In this document: positions 42,908-56,900 of the stretch, one piece after another
How the letters are laid out: each line of letters begins with the position of its first letter
How positions within the stretch are numbered: the first letter of the stretch is position 1
From: Octopus vulgaris
Taxonomy: Eukaryota
Assembly: GCA_951406725.2 (NCBI GenBank)
Contig: OX597816.1
Span: 113,088,001-113,152,000, forward strand
DNA length: 64,000 bases
Reading direction: 5' to 3'
Notes under the pieces: generated by a model
Database searches by the model: none
What the model saw: only the letters and a program-made list of their open reading frames with translations
Told to the model about the DNA's origin: nothing
Made by a program: the position numbers and the translations under genes

Positions 42908-45372
42908 TTCATTGGAACTGTGTCAGTGATTAGGATACAGTGGTGCAAGGAAAATGCATCTTGAGAGGTCTAAAGCGAATTTAAGTCTTTGTATGTATTT
43001 TGATAGCTAAACTGGCTCTTTCACAATATAATTGACCATGCACACACATACAACATATGTAGCATTTAAAAATTTGACTGTCAAAAGTCATAATTTGGTA
43101 TAGCAATATCAAATTGAAAAAAATTTAGTTTCGTTTGAGTAAAGCTTGCAAATTGACATATCTTCTCTTTTAATCACTATCTGCCCTTTTATTGATCCTT
43201 AGCCACAGCTGGTGTGTTTAATTTGTTGTATGTGATCCGGTTCCCATTTCTCATTTACGCTGATGTGATGTGATAAATTTATTCCTAATGACTCTGGAGG
43301 AATGAAAAGCAATTGTAATAATCTTCAAATTCATCTCACTAATAGGCTATTACTTGCTTGTGATTAAGCTATTAACTCTTAATTTCATATGACATGATAT
43401 TTTGTTGGTGTTCACTTTATTTTTATATTAATGTTATGTTCTATATTAATTTTTTGTTAATTCTGTTCTACTCAGAAAATGCAGATCTTCTAGCCTGTGG
43501 CAATTTTATAAAGTATAGTTTAAAAAATAATTTATTTGGCTTAAGGTTTTAAATATTACTTCAATTTCGCTGAAAGACATGCAGAAATTATTCATTTTCT
43601 GTAGTCAGTCTATATCTGATACCAGCTTTTATTTCCTTTATGGCAATAATATCAAGTGCATTGTTCTTTTTCCTTGATTCTCAAGATTAAACTGTCTTAA
43701 TCAGAATTACTAATGGCAAGACAGTTAACTTTTACCAACTGTCATCATGTACTATATAATTCTTTGAGATAATTTACTTCGAATTTCTGTTGAACATATC
43801 GTATGGCTTAATTCGAATTTCAAGGAAGTATTTATTCACATGGACTGAGTAGAAAGTTGTTATTTGTATCTAGCTTTATAGAGCTAAGAAATAATTGATT
43901 GGCAGTGTTGCTTATTCAACATTTGCCAATCAATAATTTCCATTACCAATAACCATGTTGCAGCTAATTATCATTCTAGAACTACACAAGGGGAGCAATG
44001 GGAGTGTAATGGACATTTAAATTAAGTTTCAAACCTGTTGGGTCATAAGGTAACCTTTTAAAGATTTTTGCCTTTATGTAAAACTAGGCTATGTCAAGTA
44101 AATGTAACCTCCTTGAATTAATTTCTCTTCAAGCTACACTCATGTCACGAGAAGAGATGAACTTAGCTCTACAACCTAACCAAATACTCATCAGTTAGTT
44201 ATTAAGTACACTGTTCCTTATGTTGTCAAACATGGTATTTATTGATGTGCAGTGAGCCATTGATAGTTCAGCATCACAGCTATAGGCAGAGTGCAATATT
44301 GGTGACAAAATACAAATCATTGACTCCTTGAGACCATAGGCTAACATCCTCTCAATTTATGTGTTGCCACAATTCAGAACATTAGCTTTAAAAAGAAGCT
44401 TAAAATATTCTTAATACATACATACTATTGTATATATATATGAAGGAAAGCTACAACTCCATTCATACTAAAAGTGATACCATACTGTGTTTTTTTTATC
44501 AAACTAACTCAAGGGAATATTATGCTATAACAATAAAAAACAATTATATTTTTTTTTTTACTGCTACTGAAAAATATTTCTTTTAGATTATAAGCATTAT
44601 GGTATCAATATTAGCCAAAAAAAAAAAAGAAAATCAAATAGATTTAAGTCACTGAGAAAGTCTCTGTACAGTCACTCTACCTGCTAGAGTTAGCAGGCAA
44701 ATTTCCCTTAAATTTCCTATTGTATTTGAAGAGTTAATAAGGCCAGGATTTGAATATGTTAATCATGATTGACTTAGTTAAACAGTTAAATGAGATTGAA
44801 ATAACTATTAATTGCTTCTTTATTTTTATTTATTTTCACGTTTGTGAACCCCCTATTTTTACCTACATGTTACCAATCAAGCAATTTAATTTACTATGTC
44901 ATATCTACAATTTATTGATTTTATTTCTGATGTAAATGCTTAAAGCTGAATATAGATGTAATCCAGTGAATAATATTTGTATTAATTTTGTATTGTACTT
45001 AATTTTCAATTTATTCTATTCCATTTTATAGTAACTCTCTAAATAATATTTCCAATGCATTGACTCCACTGTCAAGTTTTAGAAACACTACTTATTGCCT
45101 GTAGACTTACAGCTTTACCTTTACAAGGATTAAAAGTGACTTAAATCTATTGTAATTTTTGTTGCCCTTATTAATCTTTTTACAATGAATTGCCAGACTT
45201 TTAGATTTTTATATCCCTCTTTTCATCACACCTTAGTCATTACAATGAATGTTATTTTGTTCCTGTCAGTAATCTCTTAATTCTTTTTATCCATCTGTCA
45301 AACTTTAAATGTTTCTTCATTTCCTTTCTTTTTTCTATTACCCTATATATTTTAGCCTTGCTCTAGTTTCCA

Positions 45373-46540
45373 TAATAATAATAATAATAATAATAATATA
45401 CTAACAATAATAATAATGGCAATAATAACTCATGAGCTTATTGCAATCAGTGCTCAGGTGCACTACATCTCATGGGGAAACAGGTAAAAGAAAAGACAGA
45501 AAGTGGCAATAAATAAATAAAGACAGTAATGATAGCCAAAAGTACATGCATAGAACACAGGATAAAACAAAAAATAGAAGTAAAAAAAAAAAAGAGAGAG
45601 AGAACAACATGAATAGTTAAAGAGCCATACAGTTCATAGGCACAGTTGTTAGCAAATTTTAAGAAGCATGGTATTTATGAAGGTTGCAGTGTCTTTATGC
45701 TAATAACCAACACAGGTAGTTTATTCAATAATTCTGAACATAAAAAAGTGTTTTTGAAACACGTAGCTACTGCATTGTTTTGTTTGTTTGTTTTTTTTTG
45801 TTTTTGTTTTTTGTTTTTCTACAGGTGATAGAGATAGATATTGAATTAACAAAGGTGACCAAAGTTGTTGGAAAGATCGTGGATATTTTTTGGCTTTTAT
45901 CAAGTCACCTGCTAGATATTAAAGCTTTAGTATGCTGGTACCCAGAGAACTAAGATGTTTAAGATATAGTGACAGATGAAGGGTATTTGTCTGGTTGTAT
46001 GCCTTTGGGTAACTTCTGGTTAACTGATATTCTGAACAAGATGTAAGGTCCAGGACAAAGATGCAAACTGTATGGCTGTACCGTAGCCATGTATGGTTTT
46101 AAATAGCCAGTGAGCAGCTAGCAAAGATCTTACTGAGTAATGCTAAAACACCTTCAAACTTTTGGGCTATGTTAGAAATGCTATTCATCCAATGCAGATC
46201 ATTATTGACAGCAATGCCTAGGTCATGTTCTCATCAGCAGGTTTCTTGATGTTGCAGTAGCTGCTAAATTCCAGGTTTTACCTCCCAGAATGTATATAGT
46301 GGTGCACTTAGCTACAGCCATTGCTGTTTTGTGTCCAGGTGAAATTGCCAGAATATTTATAGTATATAGGATCCATTCTTTTTATCTTGAAGTACAGCTT
46401 ATTGTTGTCTGTAAAATGATTCAACTTGGAATTTATTTCATAAATATATGCAAAAAACAATATAGGACCAAAAACAAATTTCTGCTGGACTCCAGATGTC
46501 ACATAGTGTGACAAATGTCCTATTCAATTCAACATCCTAC
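45373..46540 (-). mobile_element. Decayed CR1/L2-group LINE 3' portion
   Basis: The minus strand reads EHDLGIAVNNDLHWMNSISNIAQK at ~46160-46232 (the DLGV..D..L.W..HI motif). An (ATT)n tail lies at 45373-45428. Confidence 0.6.
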
Positions 46541-47523
46541 TGCTCCCTGACACAGTCACTAATTGCTTCTCTATCTCTCTCTCTCTCTCTCTTTCCCTTT
46601 CTCTCTCTCTCTCTCTTTGTTTTTTACAAATGTAGATGAGTTAGAAAACATGTTTATGGCAATCATTTAATTTCAGTTATTTTAAAATATTAAAATAATA
46701 GTATTAAGAAGACTCCTGAAATATGTTTTATAGTGTTCAACAATAGCTAACAATGTTTTACAATATTCAATGTAATGTTTTACATCATTTAACAATGTCT
46801 AGAACTGCGTTACAAGCGAATGAAAAATCTTCTGTGTAGTCACTCGTCATGTAAGAAATAGCAGAATACTCACAAATCACACTCTACAGACTTAAACAAA
46901 AATAGCATCATAAAGTAAGTTGGAATACCTTACAGCATACTTCTGATCTTTCAAGATTTACCTTGACTTAAACAACAACGACATTACTATTGCATTACCA
47001 TTTCTATTTTATTGTGGAAAGTTTGCGGATTCTACCTTAAATGTTTACAGAGTAAATAAAATAATCTTCCTAGTTCATCCCAAGTTCACCAAACTCCACT
47101 ATATGGGAGCTTCCTTTGGTGGAAATCTATAAAATACAAGCAGACCTCTAGTTTAGACTGTACTAGGGTTATAAATATTCTGTATTTTAAGTGTGGACTC
47201 TGGAGAGACACAACAAAGATCAGCAAAGATAGTGTATGTGTGTATGTGTGCGTGCATACGTGTGCATGTTTGTGAGTGTGTGCACATGTATTTGTGGATA
47301 AATATTAACAATCTGCAGTAAGTTACAAGCATTGGCATAACCAAATGTGGCTGGGTTGAAACAGGTGAAGTTTGTTGGCTCTGTATTTTCAAATTCCTCT
47401 GAAATTAAAATTCCCTTACTTAAAAGGCAGGTAAGAGTTAGAAACTATCAAGCTATAAGAATCCTGTCTCAAGCACTCTCTCATCTAATTATTGTTAGCA
47501 TTGAAAGTACAAATGAATATATA

Positions 47524-48736
47524 TCAGGGTCAGCTGAAAAGTTCATAGGCTGACCAAGATACTCTCATGAGGTTTATTTATTAACATAGTCCCCCTTGCA
47601 ATCCACACACTTTTTCCATCGGTGTTGTAGTGCTTGGCTCACAGGATGAAGAAGCTTTCATCCTGTTGGTAAAAAAAACCATCAACAGCAGATATGACAT
47701 CATCATCACTGCGATACTAGTTCTCAGCCAAGAGTTTTTCATGTTGGGGAACAGATGATAGTCAAATCAGGAAAATAGGTCAGGTAATCAACCAAAACCA
47801 CAGTCACTGAAACCAAGGATGTGTGTGCTAGAGCACTTTCCTGATGAAACAAGACCCCTTTCATCACTTTTTCTGAGCATTTGGTCTTGATAGCCTTTCA
47901 TAAGTACCTATACATCATTGATGGTGTGGTCCTTTTGAAGATAGTCAATAAATATAATGCCTTTTGAATCCCAAAAAACTAAGTCCATCACCTTTTCTGC
48001 ATTGACCTTGACCTTCTCTGGAGCAGGTGAAGTAGAGTGGTTCCTCTGCATGGATTATCTCTTTGTCTTTGTTTCAAATTGATGAATGCAGCATTCATCT
48101 TGGCTTAGGAAACATTCATGGAAACCAGATGGATCTGCTGGAAACAATGTCAGATTTTCCTATGATGTAATCAACTTGGTGTGCTTTTGATCAAGTGTCA
48201 GAAGACATGGAACCCACCTAGCAGAAACGTTCATCATGCCAAGTTCATTGTGCAGAATATTCTCAACTTTCTCAAGGAATATGCTTATAGCATTGGCTAT
48301 TTGCTTTATAGTCAATCACCTGTCATCCATCAGCATGTAGTGAACACAATCATTGTTTTCCTTTGTGGTGGCAGTTGCAGGACCTCCAGACCTTGGGTCA
48401 TCTTCAAGACTCTCTTTTCTTTTCTTAAATTCAGCTGCCCATGTTTGCACAGTTGATAAAGCTGGGGCATCATCCCCTAAGATAGCAACCATGTCAGCAT
48501 GAATGCCATTTCTTGTAGGTATTTCATAACACTGCTATGCCAAATTTTGTTCATTTTCAAGAGAGGTTACTACTAGTTATTTTTGAAGTCTACTTTGAAC
48601 AGTCAGATGTCAGATTACCTGGAAAGGAAAAAATGCAGCTATTAATAAAAAATAGTTGAAATTACTGCATGCAAGATTTTGCAGCTCTAGCACCACTCCT
48701 TCAAAATCAGCCTACAAACTTTTCAACCCACCCTGG
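47524..48736 (-). mobile_element. Near full-length degenerate mariner transposon (irritans-like)
   Basis: TIRs CAGGGTCAGCTGAAAAGTTCATAGGCTGA and TCAGCCTACAAACTTTTCAACCCACCCTG, with TA flanks. The minus strand translates WAAEFKKGKESLEDDPRSGGP and HNELGMMNVSARWVPCLLT (WVPHEL-type motif), with stops and frameshifts. Confidence 0.88.
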
Positions 48737-49371
48737 TATAGAAATGAGTGTGTGAATTGATATATATAACTTATTGCTTTTCCATGTGCTAAAATACAGC
48801 ATCCAGTTATTCTTCAAATTGAAACCTACTGCCTTTAAAAGAAAGAATAGAACGTAAAGTTATGTAGACATATAGTTATGCATCTGAATTAAGTACATGG
48901 AGAGAGAAACATTTGAAAAACTTTTGATTCCTGTCTGCTTGATTAGAAATGAGCTACACCAAACTAATAACAAAATGCACTATTCCATTTTTGTCGTTTT
49001 CATTTGGAGACTACAGAAGATATAATGAAAAGCCATACATATTCCTTAACTTTTAAATTGAAGTAGTGGTTTCGTTAATTGTTTTTACACTATTAACCTA
49101 ATTGTCATAATGATTTAGCCACTTGTCTGCTGCATCATATCCTAGAAATGTTGTACAATTTTAAGCAAAGGAACCAAGTCAACATTTCTTGAAAGTGAAT
49201 ATAATTTGAAATGGTTTAAGTTTCATTGCATACATCATCACACTTTGCTAATTCTTTACACACTTACCTGATATAATTCTAATTATTTGACATTGGAGTT
49301 TCTGTTTTTCTCTATTATTCTTAAACTGCTTCCTCCTTTAAAGACTTCTTCATCTTTATTCTTCTATTAGT

Positions 49372-49537
49372 AGGCGTAAGAATGGCTATGTGGTAAGTAG
49401 CTTGCTTACCAACCACATGGTTCCAGGTTCAGTCCCACTGCGTGGCACCTTGGGCGTCTTCTACTATAGCCTCGGGCCAACCAAAGCCTTGTGAGTGGAT
49501 TTGGTAGATGGAAACTGAAAGAAGCCCATCGTATATA

Positions 49538-49593
<56 letters not shown>

Positions 49594-49812
49594 CATATGT
49601 ATATGTTTGCATGTCTGTGTTTGTCCCCCCAACATCGCTTGACAACCGATGCTGGCATGTTTATGTCCCCGTAACTTAGAGGTTCGGCAAAAGAGCCCAA
49701 TAGAATAAGTACTAGGCTTACAAAGAATAAGTTCTGGGGTTGATTTGCTCGACTAAAGGTGGTGCTCCAGCATGGATGCAGTCAAATGAATGAAACAAGT
49801 AAAAGAATAGAA
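49372..49812 (+). mobile_element. Full-length family-A SINE with internal (TA)/(TG) microsatellite
   Basis: Box A/B head, CORE-like GGCACCTTGGGC, and 3' GGTGCTCCAGCATGG..GCAGTC...GAAACAAGTAAAAGA. Confidence 0.9.
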
Positions 49813-49845
49813 GAGTATTTCTTTATGTGTGTATGCATGCACATA

Positions 49846-50236
49846 TATTCTTTTATGCTCTAGTATGTTTCAGTTATTGGACCATGGTCACGCTAGGGTA
49901 CTCTTTTTAATGATCTAGTCAATCAAATCAGCCTCAGTACCTTTTTTAAGTCTGGCATTTACTATATTGGCTTTGTTTTGCCGAACTGCTTAGTTATGGG
50001 AGATGTAATTGAAGCAATACTGGTTAAGTGATGAGAGACAATCGTAAAGATGCACTCAGACATACATGTGGGTGTGTGTGAAGGGCTTCTGCATAGTTTC
50101 TTCCAAATTCACTCAAAAGGCATTGATCATCCCAAAGCTATAGTTGGAGACACCCAAAATGCCATACAGTATAACTGAACCCCAAACCATTTTATTGCAT
50201 AGTGAACTACTTAACTACACAGCTATGCCTATGCCT
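49846..50236 (-). mobile_element. Older family-A SINE, inverted and tail-to-tail with the previous copy
   Basis: TGTTTCAG...TTTTGCCGAACTGCT.AGTTATGGG...CCAAATTCACTCA...ACACAGCTATGCCT. Confidence 0.7.
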
Positions 50237-53200
50237 ACAGACAGACAGGAAGGCAGGCAGACAGACAGGCAGACTGACAGACAGACATATAAATGTCTGT
50301 TTTTACATGCACACACACTTACTCACTCACATATGGATAGATTGGCACAGTCTAAACACTCTTTTTAGAAGATAAACCTTGATAAGAATAAAATGATTTC
50401 AAGCTGTGTTTTATCATGGTAAAGGATAACACTTGAATTATGCACAGATGACAAGAAGTTTATGAACATTGACCACATAAACAAACTACATAGATCCCCA
50501 TAAAAAAATATGTCACAACTAATTCACCTTAAGGGAGATATACTACTGCATCTCTTGATTTATTCTTCATATTATGCTGATATTTCTATTCCTCTTTACT
50601 CACTGCTTAATTCCCTAAATGCTTCTTATTTGTTTATTTTTTATTTATATATTTATTTGATTGTTTGTTTAGATGATCCCCTAATGTTCTTATTTTCTCT
50701 CTAGCCTGAACTTCTTTTAATCTTTTGGGTATGGTAAAAATTATAATTCTATTCTCTCTCAGCAGTATATGACATTAAAATGTTGAAAATGTTATTTTTA
50801 ACTCTATGATATCCTACAGCTGTTGTTTTCTCAAACAGTATCTTATATAGTTAAAAAATACTAAAGAACATTTAAATTTCTTGTTGATGGACATGTATAA
50901 TTGTTAAAATAATTTTGTTGCAAATTTTCATGGATTAAGTATCATGTTCATAAAACTCTTACATGGATGTATCTTTAATTTTCTGTGATATTTTAAAAAA
51001 GTCTCTGATAAAATAAATAATATGAGAATGTATAATATAAGCTAAATTTTCTATTGCAAGTTGAAGTTGAGAGCAATATTGAGATGAGTCGTGAATTGCA
51101 AAAAGAACTTTAGAAACAAAAGAGATCATAGGAAAATTTGTTCTGATCAGTGCTGAGACATTCTGTTGCTTTCATTTCTATTTTTTTTTATTATTGTAGC
51201 TAAAGGTAGTATATGACTCATTTATCAATTCATATATTCACAATGATTACAGATTTATGTAAGACTGCAGCAAAATTCTTTCATTACAAGCGATGTGCAA
51301 GTTGATGCTCTCAAAAATGATCTTTTTGATTTATGGCATTTAGTTTTATACAACAATCATCCATCCATTTGCTAATTACCAAGAAAATAACCACAAAATC
51401 GATTTTGAAAGCTCTAAATTTGAAAGAGTGAGCTGGGATTTATGTTATAAGGCATATAATTTCAATTGAATATCCTGATTATCAGTTGCTATTGGTAAGA
51501 AATCTTTTTCAAAGAAGACCACATTTGAAATTCTAATATTTTTATTAGAAACTATTAAAAAAATGTGAAGATATATCCAACATTTTTTGTAATTTGAATT
51601 TTTAGGTCATGCTTTTGAAAATCTTTAAAATTCAAATTTTTTAGATTAGAAATTCTATTTTCCTCCTGAATACCCAATTTTTCTTCTTAGCTGCACAGTA
51701 TACTTCTAAGTTACTGAGAGATTTTAAAAATTGTACATATTAAAATAGTCCATATCTACAGTCAAGAAAATACATTCTTCTATACAGAAAAGCACACTGA
51801 AAGTATATAGATGCTTGCGAGTGCTTATTTGCAAAATGATGATTATTGGTTTGTATCATGTCACTAGCACTGTATTAGCTTCATAGAAAAGTCACTTAAT
51901 GCTTAAATGATTCTACATGAAAATAGAGTAGGAACATACCTGTATTCCAAATGGTGGCAATATTGTAATGTTGGCAACTAGTTTAACTTCAGAGATGATT
52001 ACTAATTTTCAAATGGGTCTAGAGAACCAATTCCAGTAATCTTCTTAATCTTCTCGGTATGCCTTACCATTGGATTTGAACTCTGGTTCTGAATAATGTC
52101 TGCTTGTGATAGCTGGTGTACAAAAGTTCATTCTCATTAAAACTGTCACACCTTAAGTTAACACAATAAGTTATCACTAATTCTTAACAAAATCAGAATT
52201 ATGTTTGTGACTGAAGCAACAAATGGCGCTGATGATAAATGATTTCAGTGATAAATTTCACTGGTTCATCCTTATAGGATCCTAAGTTGGAATAGTGAAG
52301 ATACTCTGGATTGATTCATTGTTGAACTTTAGAAACAATATAGAGATGGGAACCTAGATCACAAAGCTGCAACTGAACTGAGTCAAAGTGACAGTTGAAT
52401 ATCCAAGTTAATAAATAACAACAGAAGGGTTGTATTGACAATTTTTTCCATGCTGTGCTCATGCTGGAACACCACTGTTAAAAAATGGATGAAATGCTGC
52501 TAAGCATTTTGGTCAATGTGCTAATTATGTTCCATGCTTGGATACTGTTTTTGAATTAAACCTTTTGAAATAAACAATAAAAAAATGAAGAAACTGTGTT
52601 TTGACTACTGAAATGACTTCCATTTATTCTATTAATGTTTTACATTCATACAAAAGAAAGATGATTTGATTACCACTCAATGTAATAAATTTGATTTAGC
52701 ATCACAGCCCCTCCAAGTTTTAAATAAGTTTTATTTAGTCCCATGATTCTCTGTTAGCATGCAACAAGTCTAATTTGTCTGTCTATCGCATTTTTATCAC
52801 ACATCAATTTATGAACAAAAACAAAAAACCTTCAAAAACTATAGAGTCCATAAAAGCAATGAGAAGGGAATAGATAAAATTTATTTTAAAAAATAAGTTA
52901 AACTATCAGCGAATAACAGAAAACTAAATAAAGAGTAAAAAATAAAATGATGAAAAAGAAACCATGACATAAAATACTGAAAAAAAAAAAATAGAAATCA
53001 AGAGAAATATAAAAATGGAAATAAACATTTATTAGAAGAGAACAAAAAGTGAACTGAGACAATGAAAATAAGTTGCTTGCCTAAAACTTTCATTTAACGT
53101 GAAATGAAAATTTAATCAATATTTTAAAACCATTTTCCTCAGTTAAAATAATTTGTTCAGATTTATAAAGAGTTTATGATACCACTATTAAAGCTTTATT

Positions 53201-54869
53201 TGAATAATTACCAACAAGATAGCAAAATTGTTAGCACATTGGTCAAAACGCTTAGCAGCATTTCATCCATCTTTGCATGGTGGTGCTCCAGCATGAGCAC
53301 AGCCACATGGTTGAAACAAATATTTAGTGATGTGTAATTAGGCAAAAGTAGATGGAACAAAATTCTTACAAAATGTATGAATCTGTGTGGACATAACAGG
53401 TTTATATGCTGGTTATAATATATATATTATTATTATGCATTGAAGCTAAAACACTTGTTAATATTTTAAGTATTTATTTTAATTCATTGAAACTGTCAAG
53501 AATTCTACTGGAGTTCTTCAAGACTTAAAAACAGTTCATTGAGATACTATTAGCAATACATTTTTTATTCTTTTAGTTGTCATTCTACTATTAATCAGTT
53601 TCCCTCTGGCAGTTTTCATTTTTTTTTTAAATCTCATTCATTCCAGTTGAGAGAATTTTGTAAAATTCTCTTCAATAAGTTTTCATTATCCTCAATCAAG
53701 GCTTGAATTATATCAAATACTTTTTAAACTTATGGAAAATTAAATAGCAACTTCACATTCTGTTATTAATAATTTAATATTCATCATTTTGTCTCTTAAT
53801 AGCTATATTTCTTCTTAAAATATAATGTCTTGTTTCTAAACCTAAGCCTTTACTGGTTTCATTGACTAAAACATAACTTTCTTTATTAGATATGAGCTAC
53901 ATTAAATGCACTTTCAGTTACCCACTAGATAAAAAAAATAGTTATAAATCCATGTTTCTTGCTACCTTAGTTTTCTATAAATAGCTAAATGAAATAAAAC
54001 TGTACATATTGTTTAGAAATTATGCTTTTTGAAGCAAATATATCTTCCTCATATTCTGCATTTTAACATCCTTCTGTTTTACCTGCTAGAAAGGATTGAA
54101 TGTCTCTACTACATTTCATTGACCGTCTCTGATCTTATGACTCCTCAATTGTCCATTATTTATTTATTTTGCATCATTGGTTAGAAGTTTTCAATTGAAC
54201 AATCACTGATTCTTTGCATTTCTGGCAGTGAGAGTTGCAGGAGAGAGACTAACTTAAAGCAGAACAAACATCTCAAGGGCCTATGACTGAAGAGCATTGT
54301 TTTTTTTTTCTCAGTTTTGTTACTGGTATTTATATAGGATATAAACATCAGTGACAGTATCTGAAAGAGAGAGAGAGAGAGATACACACTCACACTTATC
54401 AATTTTTGATTTTTGTTCTACTTAAGTTAAAATTTGAATTTGAAAGAAAAGATGGGACAGTCTCAGTTGACACACTTTCATTCATAAAAATAGTAGGGTT
54501 GTGGAAATTTCTGAATCTATAAATATAGAATAGTCACTGTTAGAACACATTCATTCCTACTAATGTTTGATATTAATAATTAGAATTTTATTTATTGCCA
54601 CCTAACTATTGAAATTTGCATATTTTTAATGCGTGTTTGTTTATTTATTTATATATTTTAAGGACAAAAGTTCTCTTAGAATTATTTCTTGAACTGTAGT
54701 AACTGTGGTATTGAGTCCTGTTACAAACCCAAACTCCATTCTATCTGATCTGACTCTATTCTGTACTAACTTTCTTGAGGTCTATGTGCTTCTCTAATCT
54801 CTTATGCCTTTGTATTCGATGATGATGATAGTGGCAGTGGTGGTGGTGGTGGTGATGATGATGGTAATG

Positions 54870-56900
54870 CTGCTACATCATTCATTGAGCTTAACACCTT
54901 GTACTACATGATTACTTAAACAGCCTATTAGTATAACACCAGCTCATTTTGATGCTTTCAACATCCCAATAATTATCCCTGCAGGTCATGCAGCTTTCTC
55001 TGTTTCCAAATCCTTAATTGATTTACTAACCATTTTCACAATGATCTCTAATGTTAGCATTTTCCATTCAGCCTGTTGGGGATAGACTTGCTTTGTTATA
55101 TTCATTATTCAACAACTCATAATCACACGTTCATACTTATTTCCTTACATTGTCATTGAGTACGATTGTAATTTATGCCATTTTAAACAGTTCTCTCCAA
55201 TTCCCCAGTGACATCCTAATTCAGCTGGACATATTGGCTTGCAATTTAAAACATTTCATGCTTCAGCACAGAACATTGGCAAGCTACTACTCTCTGTTTC
55301 AGTCTTGGCTAAGTAAGCCTGTCATTTAATTTCTAAGTAAGCCTTCAAATATCCATTACCAGCTCAGTATTTGTTACTACAACTTCCATACTCAAGCCAA
55401 CGAAAGAGCTTCCATGTTGTCATTTGACCTACTAATAACAGTAGCCGAATCTCCTTCAAACTACACTCTACTGTCATAAAAGATTATATAAGGTAATGTA
55501 TTTTAAAAATACCTTAAAAAACAGGATGGTCATAACTAGAACACCATTTATCATTAGGTCTGTTTGATCAGGGTTGACCTAGGGCTACGTAATATCTTGA
55601 ATACTAGTCACATATCTCTTCAAGCTTTGTCTGTTTTACTATTCCACCACCACACTGCCTACCACTTTGTTAGAATTATGTTCTAAGTGCAGAAATAGTC
55701 TTTGGCTTGTAGCAAATAGCTTCTTGTGAAAGTTCACATGTTTGCTATTATAGTTCTCTCTCTAACTAGCTAAGTAGCTGCAAGTATTGTTTAAAAATTC
55801 ACTTTTACCAAGGTGTTTTCATTCAGTGTCCACACTGTATTTGCTTGTTGTCTCTCCCCTCACACATCTTGATTTTCAATCAGAATTTATCAATCGCTAA
55901 TCTATGTTGAAAAGGGGTGTTTCCTCAGCAAGAGACTAAGTGGTCATTAGTATCTTTTCTTTTTTGTTAGTAAAAATGTTGTTAATATGTCTCTCATTGT
56001 TGCTTGAATGATTGGCTGAGCACTCTGTCAGTTACAATGATGTGTATCCCAGTTGATTTGATCAATGGAACAACCTGTTCATGAAATTAATGTGCAAGTG
56101 GCTGAACACTCCACAAACACATGTACCCTTAATATAGTTCTCAGGAAAATTCTGTGTGACACACCAAATGTGACAAGGCTGACTCATTGAACTGCAGGTA
56201 CAACTCTGTTTTTACCAGCTGAATAGACATAATATAAAGTGTCTTGCTCAAAGACACAACATGCTGTTGGGAATCGTACTCATGACCTTATGACTGCAAA
56301 TCAAATACACTACCCACTAAGCCATGTGCCTTCATGCAGTTGAATGAGTGACTGCTTTTCTGAACTACAAGGTGTCTATGATCATGTCTCTTGGCACTTC
56401 AGTGTAGCCATTCAAATGTTCTCCAATATAGCTATTAAAATACTCTGTTACCATTACAATATTTCTGACTCCTATATCTGAGATATTTTCACATAAAATC
56501 CTCATTAAACTGATCAGTAAATCACATTACTAAATCCTACTATGGAACATAAGTAGAGATTAGAGTTTGCAGTGGTTGCTATGATGCCTATCACAAATAT
56601 AAATGCAATGATTCTAACACTAACCTTTAACAGCTCAGTAACGCTACTTATCCTCTGTTCTGTTAAGAGTACGTTTACTTCATTGCCATTATCAGAAGTT
56701 CTACTTTTTGAAACTTGATCAGTATCCTTGGTTATCAAGAATGAAACCACTACATCATGACACAAACCAGACTCATTAATTTCAGTTGTTAGCACAAAGG
56801 CTTTACATTTAAAAAAAAAGAGGGAATGGAATTGTGATATTCATGCCTGTCCAAAGGGAATTAGTTTTGTAATGGAATAAAATGCTTAGTTAGGAATCAC
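54870..56900 (-). mobile_element. Decayed RTE-clade LINE (AP endonuclease to start of RT), interrupted by SINEs
   Basis: ORF 56514-56795 (EVNVLLTEQRISSVTELLKVSVRII) resembles RTE APE GVGILL....V..V.RVSDRI. Positions ~54890-55030 give VSKSIKDLETEKAA*PAGIIIGMLKAS, resembling RT domain 0 (K.GKAPGPSGI..EMLKA). Confidence 0.55.
56030..56335 (-). mobile_element. tRNA-derived SINE (family C head plus family D 3' part)
   Basis: GCAAGTGGCTGAACACTCCACAAACACATGTACCCTTAA as at 21950-21990, and head CCACTAAGCCATGTGCC. Confidence 0.75.

Noticed and set aside
51934-52140. Minus-strand donor-like CAG|GTATGT with coding-looking upstream sequence
   Set aside because: All three frames hit stops within about 25 codons, and no acceptor was identified.
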